From: Eledone cirrhosa
Lineage: Eukaryota
Reading direction: 5' to 3'
NCBI GenBank assembly: GCA_964016885.1
Contig: OZ024741.1
Span: 299,956,001-300,020,000, forward strand
Length of the DNA: 64,000 nucleotides
Below, piece by piece: positions 39,741 through 54,174 of this stretch; position 1 is the first letter of the stretch; each line of letters begins with the position of its first letter. The notes under the pieces were generated by a model that was not told the origin of the DNA, did no database searches, and saw only the letters and a program-made list of their open reading frames with translations. The position numbers and the translations under genes were made by a program.

Positions 39741-40390
39741 TAATTTTGAGATAGAGTGTCCGTGCTGCTTGCTCTGATCTGATTAGTTTTGGGAATTCTA
39801 CCTGTTTTTATGTTAAAAAAGTGGCTCCAGCGTTACTTTGGTGTTGCAAAATTTCTTGTGGTCAAAACAATTTTGATTGGTCGGTAGAGTGTAACAAATT
39901 GATTTTGCGCCAAGACTGTTTTTATGTTAAAGATACGCAAACACACATGCTCTATGGTGCAACACAAGAAAATATATGAGCATATATATGTGTATATGTA
40001 TGTATATATGTATATATATATATATGTATATAGTGAATATATGTATGTGCGTATATATATATATAGTGAATATCATTTCACACCTTTTATTGTTAAGATT
40101 TTTGATGTTCTATTAAGAGAACCGATTTTACTGAAAAAATCGAATAATGTACACCATTTTACCAGGGGAAAAAAATACTGGTCCCCCCCCCCCCCCCACA
40201 CACACACATATATACACACACACATACACACGCGTACATCAACATACAAAGTGACTTATATACACACACACACACACACGCACTTCTCCGAATAAGACAA
40301 AAGCTGAAAAATATATTTTGACATGCTAAAATACCCATTGCTTTCAGACACATTCTTACTGACCATCCCTGCCACCACGAATTAATCTGC

Positions 40391-40425
<35 letters not shown>

Positions 40426-40497
40426 ATCTCAATAGCCATTTGACACACATCACTGCTAACCATTATCACAACATCAAACACCTTACTACTACTACTA

Positions 40498-40533
<36 letters not shown>

Positions 40534-40849
40534 TTGTTGTGAAAGAGTCATTTCTCAATCTTGGCGCAAAACTAATTTTTTATTCAGATGACCTCTACCG
40601 ACCAATCACAATTGTTTTGACCACAAGAATTGTTGCTGGAGCCACTTTTTTAACATAAAAACAGTCTTGGCGCAAAATCAATTTTTTACACTCACATCAC
40701 CTCTACCGACCAATCAAAATTGTTTTGACCACACGAAATTTTGCAACGCCAAAGTAACGCTGGAGCCACTTTTTTAACATAAAAACAGGTAGAAATCCCA
40801 AAACTAATCAGATCAGAGCAAACAGCACGGACACTCTATCTCAAAATTA

Positions 40850-40886
40850 TTTTTGAAAAGCATTTAGAAATGCGCAACCGGTAAAA
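40850..40886 (+). ncRNA. Hammerhead-like motif, U3-A8 with A13C
   Basis: Identical to 39704-39740 on the opposite strand. Confidence 0.65.
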
Positions 40887-41011
40887 ACTTAAAAACTTAA
40901 AACCACAACTGAATACTAACCCATACAATCACTAATACTCTTTTATTCCTAATTAAACCCTTTTTCAACTGTGAACAATTTGTCAGCATTTTCTATTCCG
41001 TTTACCAATAC

Positions 41012-41047
<36 letters not shown>

Positions 41048-41073
41048 ATGTGGGCATGTATGTATATATATAT

Positions 41074-41475
41074 TAAATACAGTATGTTGAAAGGGTAACA
41101 CCATAGGGAGAGAGAGAGCGTGTACCAGCAATAAAACAGGGAAAACTACCAGTGTATGGAATCTATAACCTATGGAAGGCAGAGTAGGCACATAATAATT
41201 AAAAATATAAATTAAAATGCATATACACACCTCTATAACTATATAACACTCGCGTACAAATCCAAAGAGATCTGTTTCGCGCTGATAGGCGATCCCATTT
41301 CAGTCAACAAATTGCTGGCGAAACAGATCTCTTTGGATTTGTATGTGTGTGTTATATAGTTATAGAGGTGCGTATATACATTTTAATTTATATTTTTAAA
41401 TATTGTGTCTACCCTGCCTCCCATAGGTTATAGATTCCATACACTGGTGGTTTCCCTGTTTTATTGATGGCACAC

Positions 41476-41531
<56 letters not shown>

Positions 41532-41560
41532 GTGTGTTACCCTTTCAACAGATTGTATTT
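41074..41560. repeat. Inverted repeat (~210-240-bp arms, 37-bp spacer)
   Basis: Arms 41074-41280 and 41318-41560. (CT)n is expanded in the right arm. Confidence 0.9.
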
Positions 41561-41651
41561 TAAAGAGCTCAGGATTCCTTTTCCTTTGAACACATAATTT
41601 ACAGGGAGTAACGAGAGTCTATGGCGCCGGTAATTTATCGGGATATATATA

Positions 41652-41918
41652 TATAATACAAGGACGATTTCTTAAGCTTTCATTGTGTTTTTTGATTGGT
41701 GATGCATGTTTCGCTATTGATCAGCTCAAGGTTCGATCTGTACCGATCTGGCCCGACTCTAGACAACAGCAGTCATTACAGCAGCAGAGATCCGACAAGC
41801 TTTTGATTCCAGAGTCGGGCCAGATCGATACAGATCGAAGCGTGAGCTGATAAATAGCGAAAAACGCGTCACCAATCAATAAACGCAAAGAAGGCTTACG
41901 AAATCGTCCTTGTATTAT
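41652..41918. repeat. Inverted repeat (~110-bp arms) containing the 3' half of a hammerhead
   Basis: Arms 41652-41761 and 41811-41918. Right arm reads GA gct-gataaat-agc GAAA aacgc GTC acc aatc AATAAA. Confidence 0.8.
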
Positions 41919-42856
41919 TATATTACACTCTGTTTAACTCTACAATTCGCCAATGACATATATATATATATATATATATAGGAACGAGTATTACCCACTC
42001 TACTACCCTAAGTATTGAGTACTTTGGTGCGTTATGGTCCATCTGGTTCCTTGCCACATTTCGTTCGTTATATATATATATACATATATAGTAGCTAATT
42101 ACTGTGTTATTTATCCATAATAGTTGTGTTGTGATATCTCGTTGATATACAGTTCTATGCAGATAAGAGTACCAACATAAGTTGCATCGATCCAGCATAA
42201 AGGTAACAATCAAAGGTAACGGAGTTTCCATGTATGAAAAATACTCTGAGATTGAGATAGATGTTGCACGATTACATTTATTATATGCATGTGATACAAC
42301 CGAGCTCTTTTTCAACCTTTACAACAGCAACCAGTACCGGTGTGACGTCATCAGATGTTAACATTATATATGAGTGGGCTGATATCTTGGTAGATAACGC
42401 TATCGTGTTTGGAATATTTTGGGGTACATATGACTTGGCTCTTATTTCTATCTTGCTTTCCGTTCTCTTCTATCTATTTTTCTTTGGTGGATTCTAAACG
42501 TTATGATGATTTGATGAATTTAAGTGTCGACAGTTCAAGTATGTTGTATGTTGTCTATTCTAATTTAAGTTTCATCATTTCTGTCGAGCTTCTGCCCGTA
42601 CAATCTCAGTATGTTCAATATCTCAATATCTGCTTTATATATGTGTTGTACATATATATATGTTCTATATATATTTTATATATAACAAAGGAAGTGTGGT
42701 AAGGATCCAGGTGGAACATTACGCACCAGAGTACTCAATGCTTAGGGTAGTAGAGTGGGTAATAGGAAAATGTTGGAGACCCTGACGGCAGAGCTCAAGC
42801 AGAAATAGCTGGCGAAACAGCTTGAGCTCTGCCGACGGGGGTCGAACATTTCCTGT

Positions 42857-42889
<33 letters not shown>

Positions 42890-42957
42890 AAAAAGATGAA
42901 ATCGAAAAAGCAACTGGGGGTCTTATTTAAACATATATATATATATTTATTTGGTTC

Positions 42958-42993
42958 CTTTACCGGTTTCGCAGTTCTTCTGCTTTTCAAAAG
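42958..42993 (-). ncRNA. Minimal type I hammerhead, U3-A8 variant
   Basis: ctt TTGAAAA gcag aagaa ctgc GAA ACCGGT A aag. Confidence 0.85.
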
Positions 42994-45900
42994 TAGAGTT
43001 GAGATGGAGGGTCTGTGGTTTTTCTCACATCTGGTTGGTCTCTGAATGTTACTTGTTTTATATGGAAAAAGTGGCTCGAAATGCCAGGTTTTTCGAGAAG
43101 TAATTTGATTGGTTGGTCAATAATTATAATAAATTTCGCGCCAGTTCGCGTTACAAAGTTCTTCAAACAAGGTGTCACAGGTTGTTTTTTCATATATGAG
43201 TGTTTGAATGTTTTTTACTTAAAAAAAGGGGGACTCACGAAGGCTTTTTTTAAATAAACGTAATTTGATTGGTTATAAATGAAATTATGGCTGTCATGTG
43301 AACAAGTTTTCATTAAATTTTCGCGCCCTTATTTGTAAATCTATTCTGTAGCCTTTTTAGAGAATTTTATGACAAGCAAAAGATAATGGTCAAGAGAAAT
43401 TGGATGGGAGAATTGTTCTGGCGCAGGAAATATGGTTAGTACGCTGTGGTGTCAGAATTCAGATTTTCTATTGAAGTAACGAAAGTAAAGATGTGTATGT
43501 TTATTTGTGTCCGTGTGTGTGTGTGTGGGGGTGGTGGTGTATTGGAAGATACCACATGCACAACAAATAACAAAAAAGTAACAAAACGTCCAACATACCC
43601 CAGCAAAACTATAACGATAATCCCAGAAACCGTAGGAAAAACTATAACCCTACTAACAAAAACCGAAGATCCCAGAACACAAGGCAGGACCCGATCCGCA
43701 GATCATAACCCACATAAAAACTATTCCAAAACCGTAGACCCCTGCCCACACAGAGCCTGTTCCAAAACCGTATATCCCATCCCACACAAAGGAACAAAAT
43801 CTACAACCCGGACTATCAACAAACCGGACCTCAATACGTCCGAAACATCTATACAAGATCACACAACAACAGGGGAAATACCATTAGATATAATAATACC
43901 ATTGAAAAAACATTCCAGAATAATCATTTTTTAGACCAAGGCTACAGGACCCACGTCACCCGGTGGCACAAACCGATTTTGAAAAACCGAAAATAATCAA
44001 CCTTTCAAATACAAACCTCTCAGCCAAACAAGTAAAAATTATCTCCAAAGGACTTAAATTCACACCAACACCACAATACTCTAACTCCAATGAGATAAAT
44101 GACGATATCTCACAATTCTGTAGAAAATTACGTCTCACAGAGGAATTCTTTGACAAGGAGCATAACGCCGAATCAATTGTACGGAATAAAAGCAGCTACA
44201 ACCCAACAAAGGGTAGAAAGAGAGTTCTGGACAAATTTTGTGACCACATAGTAACTTTCCCATACCATGAACTACCGCAACCTAAACCCAAGCCCAACAC
44301 GAATCGAAGGGAATGGGAGATTATCCATGAACTAAAAAACAATACGGACATTATAATTAAGGAAGCGGACAAGGGAAGTACTGTTGTCATTATGGAGGCT
44401 GAAAAATATAAAAATGCTATGTTCTCTCTCTTACAAAATACTAATTACTATGAAAGAGTATAAAACTACCAGCTATCAAAAACAATGACCAGATTAAACA
44501 CACTGATTTATCGATACCAGGAAAACCTAACTAAAAAGGAACGCGATTATTTAACACATGTTGAAATACAAAACCAGCAACCTTTCCGGACTTCCGAAGA
44601 TCCACAGGTGTAAAATAATTAACGATGCCTGTAAACAATCCACCTCAGCCTGTGTGAACATACAATACCCTGCAGACCTTAAATTAAAACCTATTGTAGC
44701 GGGTGCACAATGTGAAACACACAGACTGAGGAACTTTATAGACATACTACTAAAACCAATTCTCAAACACATACGAAGTCTTGTAAGAGACGATCTGGGC
44801 CTCTTAAACCACCTCTCCAAACATGTCAACAACGACACTATTATTGTTTCTTTCGATGTAGTGAATCTCTACACAACGATCCCACACCAATACGGACTAG
44901 AAAAGCTTCATCACCGAGGGATTAAAATTCATCTTACAGAACAACTTTTTTGATTTCGATGGCAGTACTTACAAGCAAATATCGGGGACTGCGATGGGTA
45001 CAAAAGCCACTCCAACTTATGCCAACTTAGTCATAGCATACTTAGAAGTCCAGATATATGAACAGTCCAAATCAAAATACGGATTGAACTTCCACAAATA
45101 TTTATCAGAGGATTGGAAACGCTACTTGGATGATTGTCTCATTCTTTGGTCCCACACACTCGACCAACTGAAGGATTTAAAAAACTTAATAAACGGCATC
45201 AATAACCACATCTAATTCTCAATGGAATACAGCCAAGATCAACTCCCATTTCGGGACATCTTAATCTCTAAAAAAGACACAAATATTGAAACTGACATAC
45301 TCTAAACCCAACAGATTCCAAACAATACCTGTTATTCTCCATCAACCATCCAAAGCACACGAAGACGAACATTCCTTTTAACCTAGCAAGAAGTATTTGC
45401 ACAATTGTCTCCAATTATGAAACACGAAATAAAAGACTTCAAGAATTAAAGGAAATTCTACTCGAAAGAGGGTACCCACCATTACTAATAAATAATGGAA
45501 TAGAAAAGGTTAAAGCAATAGGCATTGATGAATTACGAAAACAGAAACAAATTCAATGTACGTCCAATATTCTATCATATATCTCAACACACAACCCAAG
45601 AAATGCGGAAGCTTACAACACTATTCACAAGAACATCCCACTACTAAAACAAACCCCAAGAATGAAAAAGGCCCTTGAAACACACAAAATAATCAAAAGC
45701 AAATGACAACCGAAATCACTGAAAACATTACTCACCAATGCCAAATTACCTACCACAAACCCACAACCAAGTGTCAAAAAATGTGGTCGCTCTAATTGTG
45801 GAACCTGCACTCACCTCATTGAAGGCAACAAGTATACATTTAAATCAGGACAAAATGTTACTGTAAAAAATCACTTCACTTGCTCATCAAAAATCTAATT

Positions 45901-46360
45901 TATGCCATTAAATGTAAAGTATGCAATGAAGATTATATAGGACGAACTAAACTCACACTCAGAAACAGAATGACAGTTCATCGCCAACAATTACGAGATC
46001 CAACCACGAGACAGATACCACTAAGCGCACATCTAGACATATGCGCAAGTAATAAGACACCCAAATTCCAAGTCTTCCCATTTTACCTTTGCGCTAACAT
46101 TACAACAGAACAAATACGAATAAATAAGTAAAATATGTTTATTCAAAAATATGGTTTAATATACATTATGTCAACACCATAACATGCTAACCATCCAAAC
46201 AGACACATACACACACATACGTAACACCTACTTTAGAAAATAAAAACCCGAACTAAATAAACCTTAACATACGTTTGCACTGACAATACAACAGAACAAA
46301 TACGAATAAGTAAGGAAAATATGTTCATTCAAAAATATTCCTACTAAAGGTATCATTGTC

Positions 46361-46417
<57 letters not shown>

Positions 46418-47019
46418 ATATATATATTCTCTTCATCTTAACATGCCAACCATACTCCCATACACAAAACACCCATACGCACATAACAACCCCTACCCCC
46501 ACACACACAACTCCCTCCCCCATTTCTACTAATAGAATCACTTTCCTACACACATATATACACACACACAAAATATATATATTCTCTCCATCTTAACATA
46601 CTCCCACACATACACACATAACACCCATATACACACACACACACAACTCCCTCACCCATTTCTACTAATAGAACCATCTTTCAACACACACACACACAAG
46701 CACACAGATAAACATACACATCTTTACTTTCTTTACATCAATAGAATATCTGAATTCTGACACACCAGCGAACTAACCATATTCACTGAACCAGAACAAT
46801 TCTCCCATCCAATTTCTCTTGACCATTATCTTTTGCTTGTCAAGAAATTCTCTAAAAAGGCTACAGAATAGATTTCCAAATAAGGGCGCGAAATTTAATG
46901 AAAACTTGTTCACGTGACAGCCATAATTTCATTTATAACCAATTAAATTACGTTTATTAAAAAAAAGCCTTCGTGAGCCCCCTTTTTTTAAGTAAAAAGA
47001 AATTCAAACACACACACAC

Positions 47020-47062
<43 letters not shown>

Positions 47063-47596
47063 GGACACAAATAAACATATATATCTTTACTTTCTTTATT
47101 CAATAGAAAATCTGAATTCTGACACCCTAGCGAACTAACCATATTCACTGAACCAGAACAATTCTCCCATCCAATTTCTCTTGACCATTATCTTTTACTT
47201 GTCATAAAATTCTCTAAAAAGGCTACAGAATAGATTTCCAAATAAGGGCGCGAAAATTTAATGAAAACTTGTTCACCTGACAGCCATAATTTCATTTATA
47301 ACCAATCAAATTACGTTTATTAAAAAAAAGCCTACGTGAGCCTCCTTTTTTTTTGTTTTAAGTAAAAAGAAATTCAAACACTCATATATGAACAAAACAA
47401 CCTGTGACCCCCCCCCCCCTTGTTTGAAGAACTTTGTAACGCGAACTGGCTCGAAATTTATTATAATTATTGACCAACCAATCAAATTACTTCTCGAAAA
47501 ACCTGGCATTTCGAGCCACTTTTTCCATATAAAACAAGTAACATTCAGAGACCAACCAGATTTGAGAAAAACCACAGACCCTCCATCTCAACACTA

Positions 47597-47632
47597 CTTT
47601 TGAAAAGCAGAGGAACTGCGAAACCGGTAAAG
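47597..47632 (+). ncRNA. Minimal type I hammerhead, U3-A8 variant
   Basis: ctt TTGAAAA gcag aggaa ctgc GAA ACCGGT A aag, with AATAAA 6 nt downstream. Confidence 0.85.
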
Positions 47633-47954
47633 GAAACAAATAAATATATATATTTTTTTAAAAATAAGACTCCAGTTGCCTTTTCGGTTTCATCTTTTTG
47701 TCTTTATTCTTTCACTCGTGTAGGACACCTCGGTTATTTTTCATTTTGTAAAAAAAAACCCACTTTCTAATATATATATATATATATATAAAACATATAT
47801 CATACTATAATAATGTAGTGAGAAATCTGGGGAGCAGCTGGTAGCTCTAGGGATGTAAACATCGTGTGTATTTCTAGAAATTGGCGCACCAGCACCCCGG
47901 TAAAATTGACTTAAACGTTTGAGCAATAATCTGACTCTTTGAAATAGATAATAA

Positions 47955-48150
47955 TTAATGGTTTCTTATATAAGCACAAGATCAGCAATTTTGCTAGTCG
48001 ATTAAATCGATCGCAGAGCGTAACTGACACTTTATTTTATCGACCCCGTAAGGATGAAAGGCAAAGTTAACATCGGCCGGATTTGAACTCAGATCATAAA
48101 GGGCCGTAACTCTATGCTGCAAAGCATGGTGTCCAACCATCTACCGATAC
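47955..48150 (-). mobile_element. tRNA-derived SINE
   Basis: Same family as 39390-39562. Confidence 0.85.
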
Positions 48151-49604
48151 TGATATTAATTAATACAGAGAAAAAAAAACAACTACAAATTCAATTGAAC
48201 GTTGACATGTAACGAAAGTAATAAAATGGATAACTGGCACAGAGAAGCTACAATGAATATTACCCTCTGGACAATGAACCATCTTACAATTAAATTTGTA
48301 TGGTTCCCATAATGTAGTTATTCTATTGTTATACTGAGAGAGCGGTTTCAATCGGTGTTCGCAGCGTATAAAAATCAATATCTTATACATGCATTTACAC
48401 AAGCTTAATATTTAAAGAACGCAGTGTAAAATTGAAGCAGAGTGCAGTGGTGCATTTCTTTAAATGGTATGTATGCCATGTTGCATATCGGAAGTGCTAT
48501 GTTTCAGCATGCAATAGGAATCAGAAAAACAATCTCCACAAAAGTATTATGTATGAATAGTAAAGAGAGAATCCCGGAAGAAAAGAATTACACTCAAATA
48601 GAAGAGGAAATGTCTAATTAGCAAAAAATGTATGTGAATACGAATCAGGAACAAAAGGTATCGTATGGCTAAATTGTATTAACGTAATAGTTATTTATTT
48701 ATTAGAGAAATGTGCATCTTTTATCTTGTTGCTTCGTAGAGATTTGTTCTACGAGAAATAATCTGCTTTTCAGTGATAAAATTGCCACTATACCCGCAGC
48801 AACACAAATCACAGCTACACGGATAATACCGTATCAGAAAATTTAAACTACAAAATTACGCACTGTGAATCAAGATATGAAAGAGCTGTCGTGTAGAGAA
48901 CCAAAACGTTCCCTTTAAAATACACGCTTTTCTTATTCACATTTTTGTTTTACTTGTAAACTCAGCATTTTATTAATTTACAGTATAACCATCAATATAT
49001 TTGATACTGAATAATGGTTTTGATTGTTTGCATGGGTCGACACAAGGCTATACTAATAACACTTATTAAAGTTGCCAGGAAATAAGATAGAACATTGGAC
49101 CCAAGAATCATGAGATGGCATATATAGATATCTCATGCCAGCAAGGTCCCGTAAATCCCAAGGGAGTTATAGGGGTACCGTATTGACATACAGATTATCC
49201 GGAACATATTTACACCTGACAGAGCCCATCTTTTCTCCAGCTCTGAACAAAGCGGATTTCACCTAGAGATGAAAAATACGTTTTCATTTCATACAATTTT
49301 GTTAATTATAGGTTGGGTGATTGCAAAGTTGTATTATTCATTCAAGGGTTTATATGTTTCTGAAGGATTCTTTATATACGATATATTCGTACCCTCCAAT
49401 CTAATATCAATCAGGTTATGATACGACGATTTGTCTCTGAAAGAGTAGAAGATACTATTTATACTAACTCAACTACGTCGACTACTAATACTACTACAAC
49501 TACTACTACTGCTGCTGCTGCTGCTAGAAATACTACTATAAAGACTAGCAAAACAACTGTTACTATTGCTGCTGCTACTACCACTACTACTACTACTAAT
49601 AAAG

Positions 49605-52600
49605 CTTTCATTTATTGGCCAGAACAGCCGACACATAGGGGACAATATAATAGATGCGGACAGTGAGGAGTTTTATATAAAAATTGAGTAAATAAATAAG
49701 AAAACAATAACAAGAAACAAGAAAAATACAACAATGAAAATTCCCCAATAGGGGGGATAACCGCGCGGAGTTGGCTCACGTACCCCACCAATCCTGAACT
49801 GCCGGACACTTTGAGGGAACCCGGGAAAGGCACCCCTCTCTTCCTCAAATTCACTAATCTACAAGCGCATGATCAGAGTAGGCCCACTCACACGGGCCAT
49901 TCTCGCCACATTCACCCTCCTTTCAGCGAATGTACTGGAGGGCTACACTTCACTCTCCACTCTTACCTTCCGTTCCAAGTTAAATTTGCAGTCCTTTCAA
50001 CCTGGACAACCACACAACCTCTTTCGCCACTGCCACCAGACAGAGGAAACGTTTCTGCTCTTCCTGGCAGAGGAAGGCGCTGGGTCGATCTTCACTATGA
50101 ACTCAGCCGATAGTCGGATCCGTTCTACACGCGAAAACAACTGTTCGACATAACTCCACGAGCCAGTAATGCACGGACTTTGGACGAGTGCGTATAGAAC
50201 AGTTTCGTCGCTTTCCTCGCATCTCGGGTAGTTCCGTCTGACAGCTCCTCCATGCATGTAGAATTTATGTCGAACCGGAAGTGCTCCCCGGTAGCACTGC
50301 CGAGCAAGGAATTTTTGGAAGTCATCCATCGTCCCCGGCAAGAAAGTCCTCCGGAACAGACTGATTAGTTCTACTACGTCGACGCCCAGAACCTCTGCGA
50401 ATGCGTCGTCGCACTTGCCCATCACTAATTCTCTATAGAAATTGAGAGTGGAAGTTCCATTGACTGCATTACCAGCTTGGTAGAGGGCAGTGAGTGCCTG
50501 GCAACATTCCAGATGCCAGTCACCCAGTCTTGGTGTCTTCTTTACCCAGGATTGCAGCTCAGACAAAGAGACGAGCTGCGGAAAGGCACGTCTGACAAAC
50601 GGCGACCACACCTGTTCACCGTTTAGGCAGAATATCTGGAAATGCCACAGCCTCAGCGCATGTCTGCGCATCGTTAGCCACGGCATGCGCAGCCCTCCAC
50701 ATAGAGGGTGCTGGAAGCAGATGGAACGGCTCACCAACAGGACCCGTCTCCTCCACAAGAATTTGAAAAGGCGCCGTTCCAGCTTGGCGAGGCGCGGGCT
50801 TGAGCAAGGCGATAGTAGTTGACGGACGCGATGTACGCATTCGCCACATCCACCCGACCTTTCAGTGATTGCTTCCTCACAGCCCATTTTTCGGTGAGAC
50901 TGGCTACACTGCACGTCACCACGTCTCAATTCTTAGCCACCTGGATGTCTAATCCGAACGAAACCCCGAGCAACTGTACCACTCCGTCCATCCAGCACCC
51001 AACGAGGCTGTTGGACGGCATGAACTTTCCTCTCCAGGTACCCAGGTGCAAGCCCACCGACTTTTCCGGGTGAAGTTTCATTCCAGTCAACATTTCATAT
51101 TCCTCCAATAAGGTGCCCACCATCTCGATTTCCGAGGTGGCCGACACCATCACGGTGATATCGTCCGAATATGCTGTCACAGCCTTTCCACGTTCCGGTT
51201 CAAGCGGGATGCCCTGCAACAGCTCCAGTTTTCGCACTAAAGGCCGAGATTCAATATAATGTAGAATGGAGGAGAGAGGACAATCTTGGCGGATGGGGAG
51301 GTTTGGAACGTATCCGAAAGAGGGCTATTAACTTTGACTACCGAGCTGATACTGCTGTGCATTGCAGCTATCCAGACTCTGGAGACGAGGCCGATGCCAG
51401 CTGTCTTGAGGACAGCATCTATGTATCGATGCTCGATCCTATCGAAAGGTTTCGATTGATCTAAATTCATCAGAGCCTCACCGAAACCAGGTTTACACAC
51501 TACACTCTATATGATGTATAGCATGCGATAGAGGTTGTCTTCTAAGGATCTGGCGGGGAATGTGCTAGTTTGCGCCTCCCTTACCAACATCTTTGCTAAA
51601 ATCTTAAGCTTTTGTGTGGAGCAGATTTAAGGGCCTGAAGTTGTATAACAATCCCTCTTGTTCTAGTCTTTCTTCATCAGCATCACTACGCACCGTGTCA
51701 CAAAAGTAGGAATACTCCCCTCCTGTTTCCGTTTACAGTAAAGTTTTTCGACGAGATCGGAACAAAAGTCTGGCATACCTACGTAAAGCTCGAAGGGCAC
51801 ACCATTCAAACTGGGTGACTTGTGCCTCGTTCAGGGGACTAGCTTATCCCGAATTTCGACTAGGTTATCCCGAAGTTATTGGCATTTTGCAGCGATCAGC
51901 ATCTGCTAGCGCAAGCGCCTCCAACCCGACTAATCGAGCGAAGTGTTGGAGGAAGGCCTCACACATCTGCCTGGTATCATTCATCTCGCGTTTGTTTTGG
52001 TCTTTCAAAGACCAAATTGTGGTTTTGTTACAAAGTTGCACATCTGCCACGCGGGCCCATCGAACAGTTTAGGTTCCCTGCTTTCTTAGACTACGCGCCT
52101 TAGTTCTGACAATGGAAACTTCGTGTTTCGCATTGAAGAAATAGCATAATGCCATTCTCTCCGCTATCACGTCAGTTGCAATGCCACTACAAATAGCCTC
52201 GTCTAACATAGCTACCACACCCTCCTTCCTAATTTTCTCTAACGCTACAAAAGCTCTCAAGATTACTCAAATAAGGCTTTTCAGAGTTACCCACCACCTG
52301 TTTTTGACGACCCCCATGTAAACCTTTGCTTAACTAAACTGTTGACCCGTTCCCTTTAAGCATTACTTGCTAGAAACGACATGTTCAGCTTCCGGTAACC
52401 AGTTCCTAACCTGCGTGTCTTAAATAGATTAACCATACTGACCACAAACTGGTGATCTGAATTGGCCACCGCTCGGAAATTTGGACAATCGATACTACTA
52501 TCATTATCGATTGACTTAATAACAAAACCAATCTATATAAGATCTAAATGACCCCAGCATTTTGGTGCAAGTCCACACTGTCGCATTAGGAAAACCAAGC

Positions 52601-53010
52601 TAGTAATATTTAGACGGTTGAAACTGGGTGATCAGGTACTTGAGGCTCTTACACACACCCCACTCCTATCAGGTACTCCCACACAATCCTACGCTGCATC
52701 TAAGATGCCGTTGCAGTATCCTGCTAACTGTAAACAGAACGTCGTCCTCAGAAAGGCTTCCAGGCGCCAAAAGAATACCGGCCGGCCGGCCCCATTCGGG
52801 CGTAGACAACCACCAGTATAAAGGCACCACCTTCGATTTTGTTCACGCCCAAGACCACCAACTTACACTCTGAGTACCGAAAGTTCGAACTTACCTAGAT
52901 ATCCAGACCTTTTCTAAACAGCACTGTTACCCCACCTCTCATTACCAGCTGACTAAAGATGCGAAGATCCGATAAACGTCGAAAAAGGGAGCTAGTGCGC
53001 GCATGTCGGA
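49605..53010 (-). mobile_element. L1/Tx1-like LINE, ORF2 disrupted (APE endonuclease, RT, C-terminal domain)
   Basis: GC-rich block. LDQSKPFDRIEH (51237-51500), AYSDDITV (50926-51237), LFKFLW and C-terminal region (49997-50929), SDH-like motif near 52450, 3' AATAAA next to a (TAC)n tract. Confidence 0.88.
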
Positions 53011-54095
53011 AATACTGTTATATACTATTAGGCAACTAATTGATTATCTTTCATTTACAATATTATTTACATTTCACTTGTTGAAGCTCATTAACAACTA
53101 ATAAAAATGTCTCTTAAATGTTGTTATCTAACATTCTACCTCACGAGGAAGGACTAATGTCAGAGCCGTTAAGAATCCTTTCCTACTATATCAATAGTTA
53201 AACTAATATTTATCTTCATTGTAGTGTATCGTTTTGTTGTCATGGCAATCCGTTTACGTTCAAACACTCATATACACACACACACACACACACGCATACA
53301 CACATAAAAACACATACACATATATATATACACACACACACACATATATATATATATGCGATTTTCTTTCGTACATCAATACACACACAAATAGACAAGC
53401 AGACAGACACATATATTTCCATATATGACTTTAAGCTCGATTAAAATCTTCGATGGAAAGTTATGCGATGAAAGGCAACTGAAAAAAAACTATAGCTCTC
53501 ACAGCATGATCTGGTTGAAATCCTCCCTTCAAGTCTCCAAGACATATATATATATATTCTTACGTGAGACCCCCTAACGGCCATATTCCTGGCCACCGTA
53601 ATGGATTTTCTCCATATATACACTATTAACCCCTGGACAAATTCTAACCAAGTATTGCCTTTATTGTAGGATTCCTTCTTCGGTGATGTGTATTTATTTT
53701 TAAATTAATATGTTTAAAGCGTTTCTTTTAGCTCTGAAGAGCGTACTCAATCATGCTTTTATTTTTCAGTGTACGCTCATAGATTTCTAGGTCGGTAATT
53801 ATATCATCAATGTAAAATTGGATGATTCAGTCTCCGTAACATGTTATCAGCCAGTAAATATATATATTCAAAAATTTGTTGTTGTTTTTTATGACATTTA
53901 ATTCATGCTTTTTAGCACTACTTATAATAATTTTGCGAGACATATTTCCTTTGAATTACTCGATTCATTCGCTTATCTTGTAAACTATATGCATCAAGCA
54001 CACTAACCTCCCAGTAATGGCTTTTAATCTTCTTAATTAAACACTTATCTCTCCTCTTTGATTGGTTTGTATATAAATTAAGAATAAGCGATACA

Positions 54096-54174
<79 letters not shown>

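Larger units (their letters stand above)
39575..41010. mobile_element. ORF-less PLE derivative: inverted pseudo-LTR pair with partial tandem duplication
   Basis: 39575-39925 is the reverse complement of ~40655-41010, and 40560-40665 is a partial duplicate. Related to the termini of the 42.9-47.7 kb element. Confidence 0.8.
42888..47710 (+). mobile_element. Near full-length Penelope-like element (Neptune-like), disrupted, with inverted 5' pseudo-LTR and partly duplicated 3' pseudo-LTR
   Basis: IINLS..SKGLKFTPTP, IIKEADKGS, GLPKIH, VSFDVVNLYTTIPH, MGTKATPTYANL, WKRYLDD, KCGRSNCGTC linker, LIYAIKCKVCNEDYIGRT (GIY-YIG). 42888-43530 is the inverse of ~47050-47710. Confidence 0.95.

Noticed and set aside
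42795-42830. ctggcgaaac as an HDV-like J4/2 strand
   Set aside because: No P1/P3/P1.1 nested pseudoknot could be built.
53721-53760. gct CTGAAGA gcgt..atgc
   Set aside because: Possible 5' half only; lacks GAAA and a cleavage strand.
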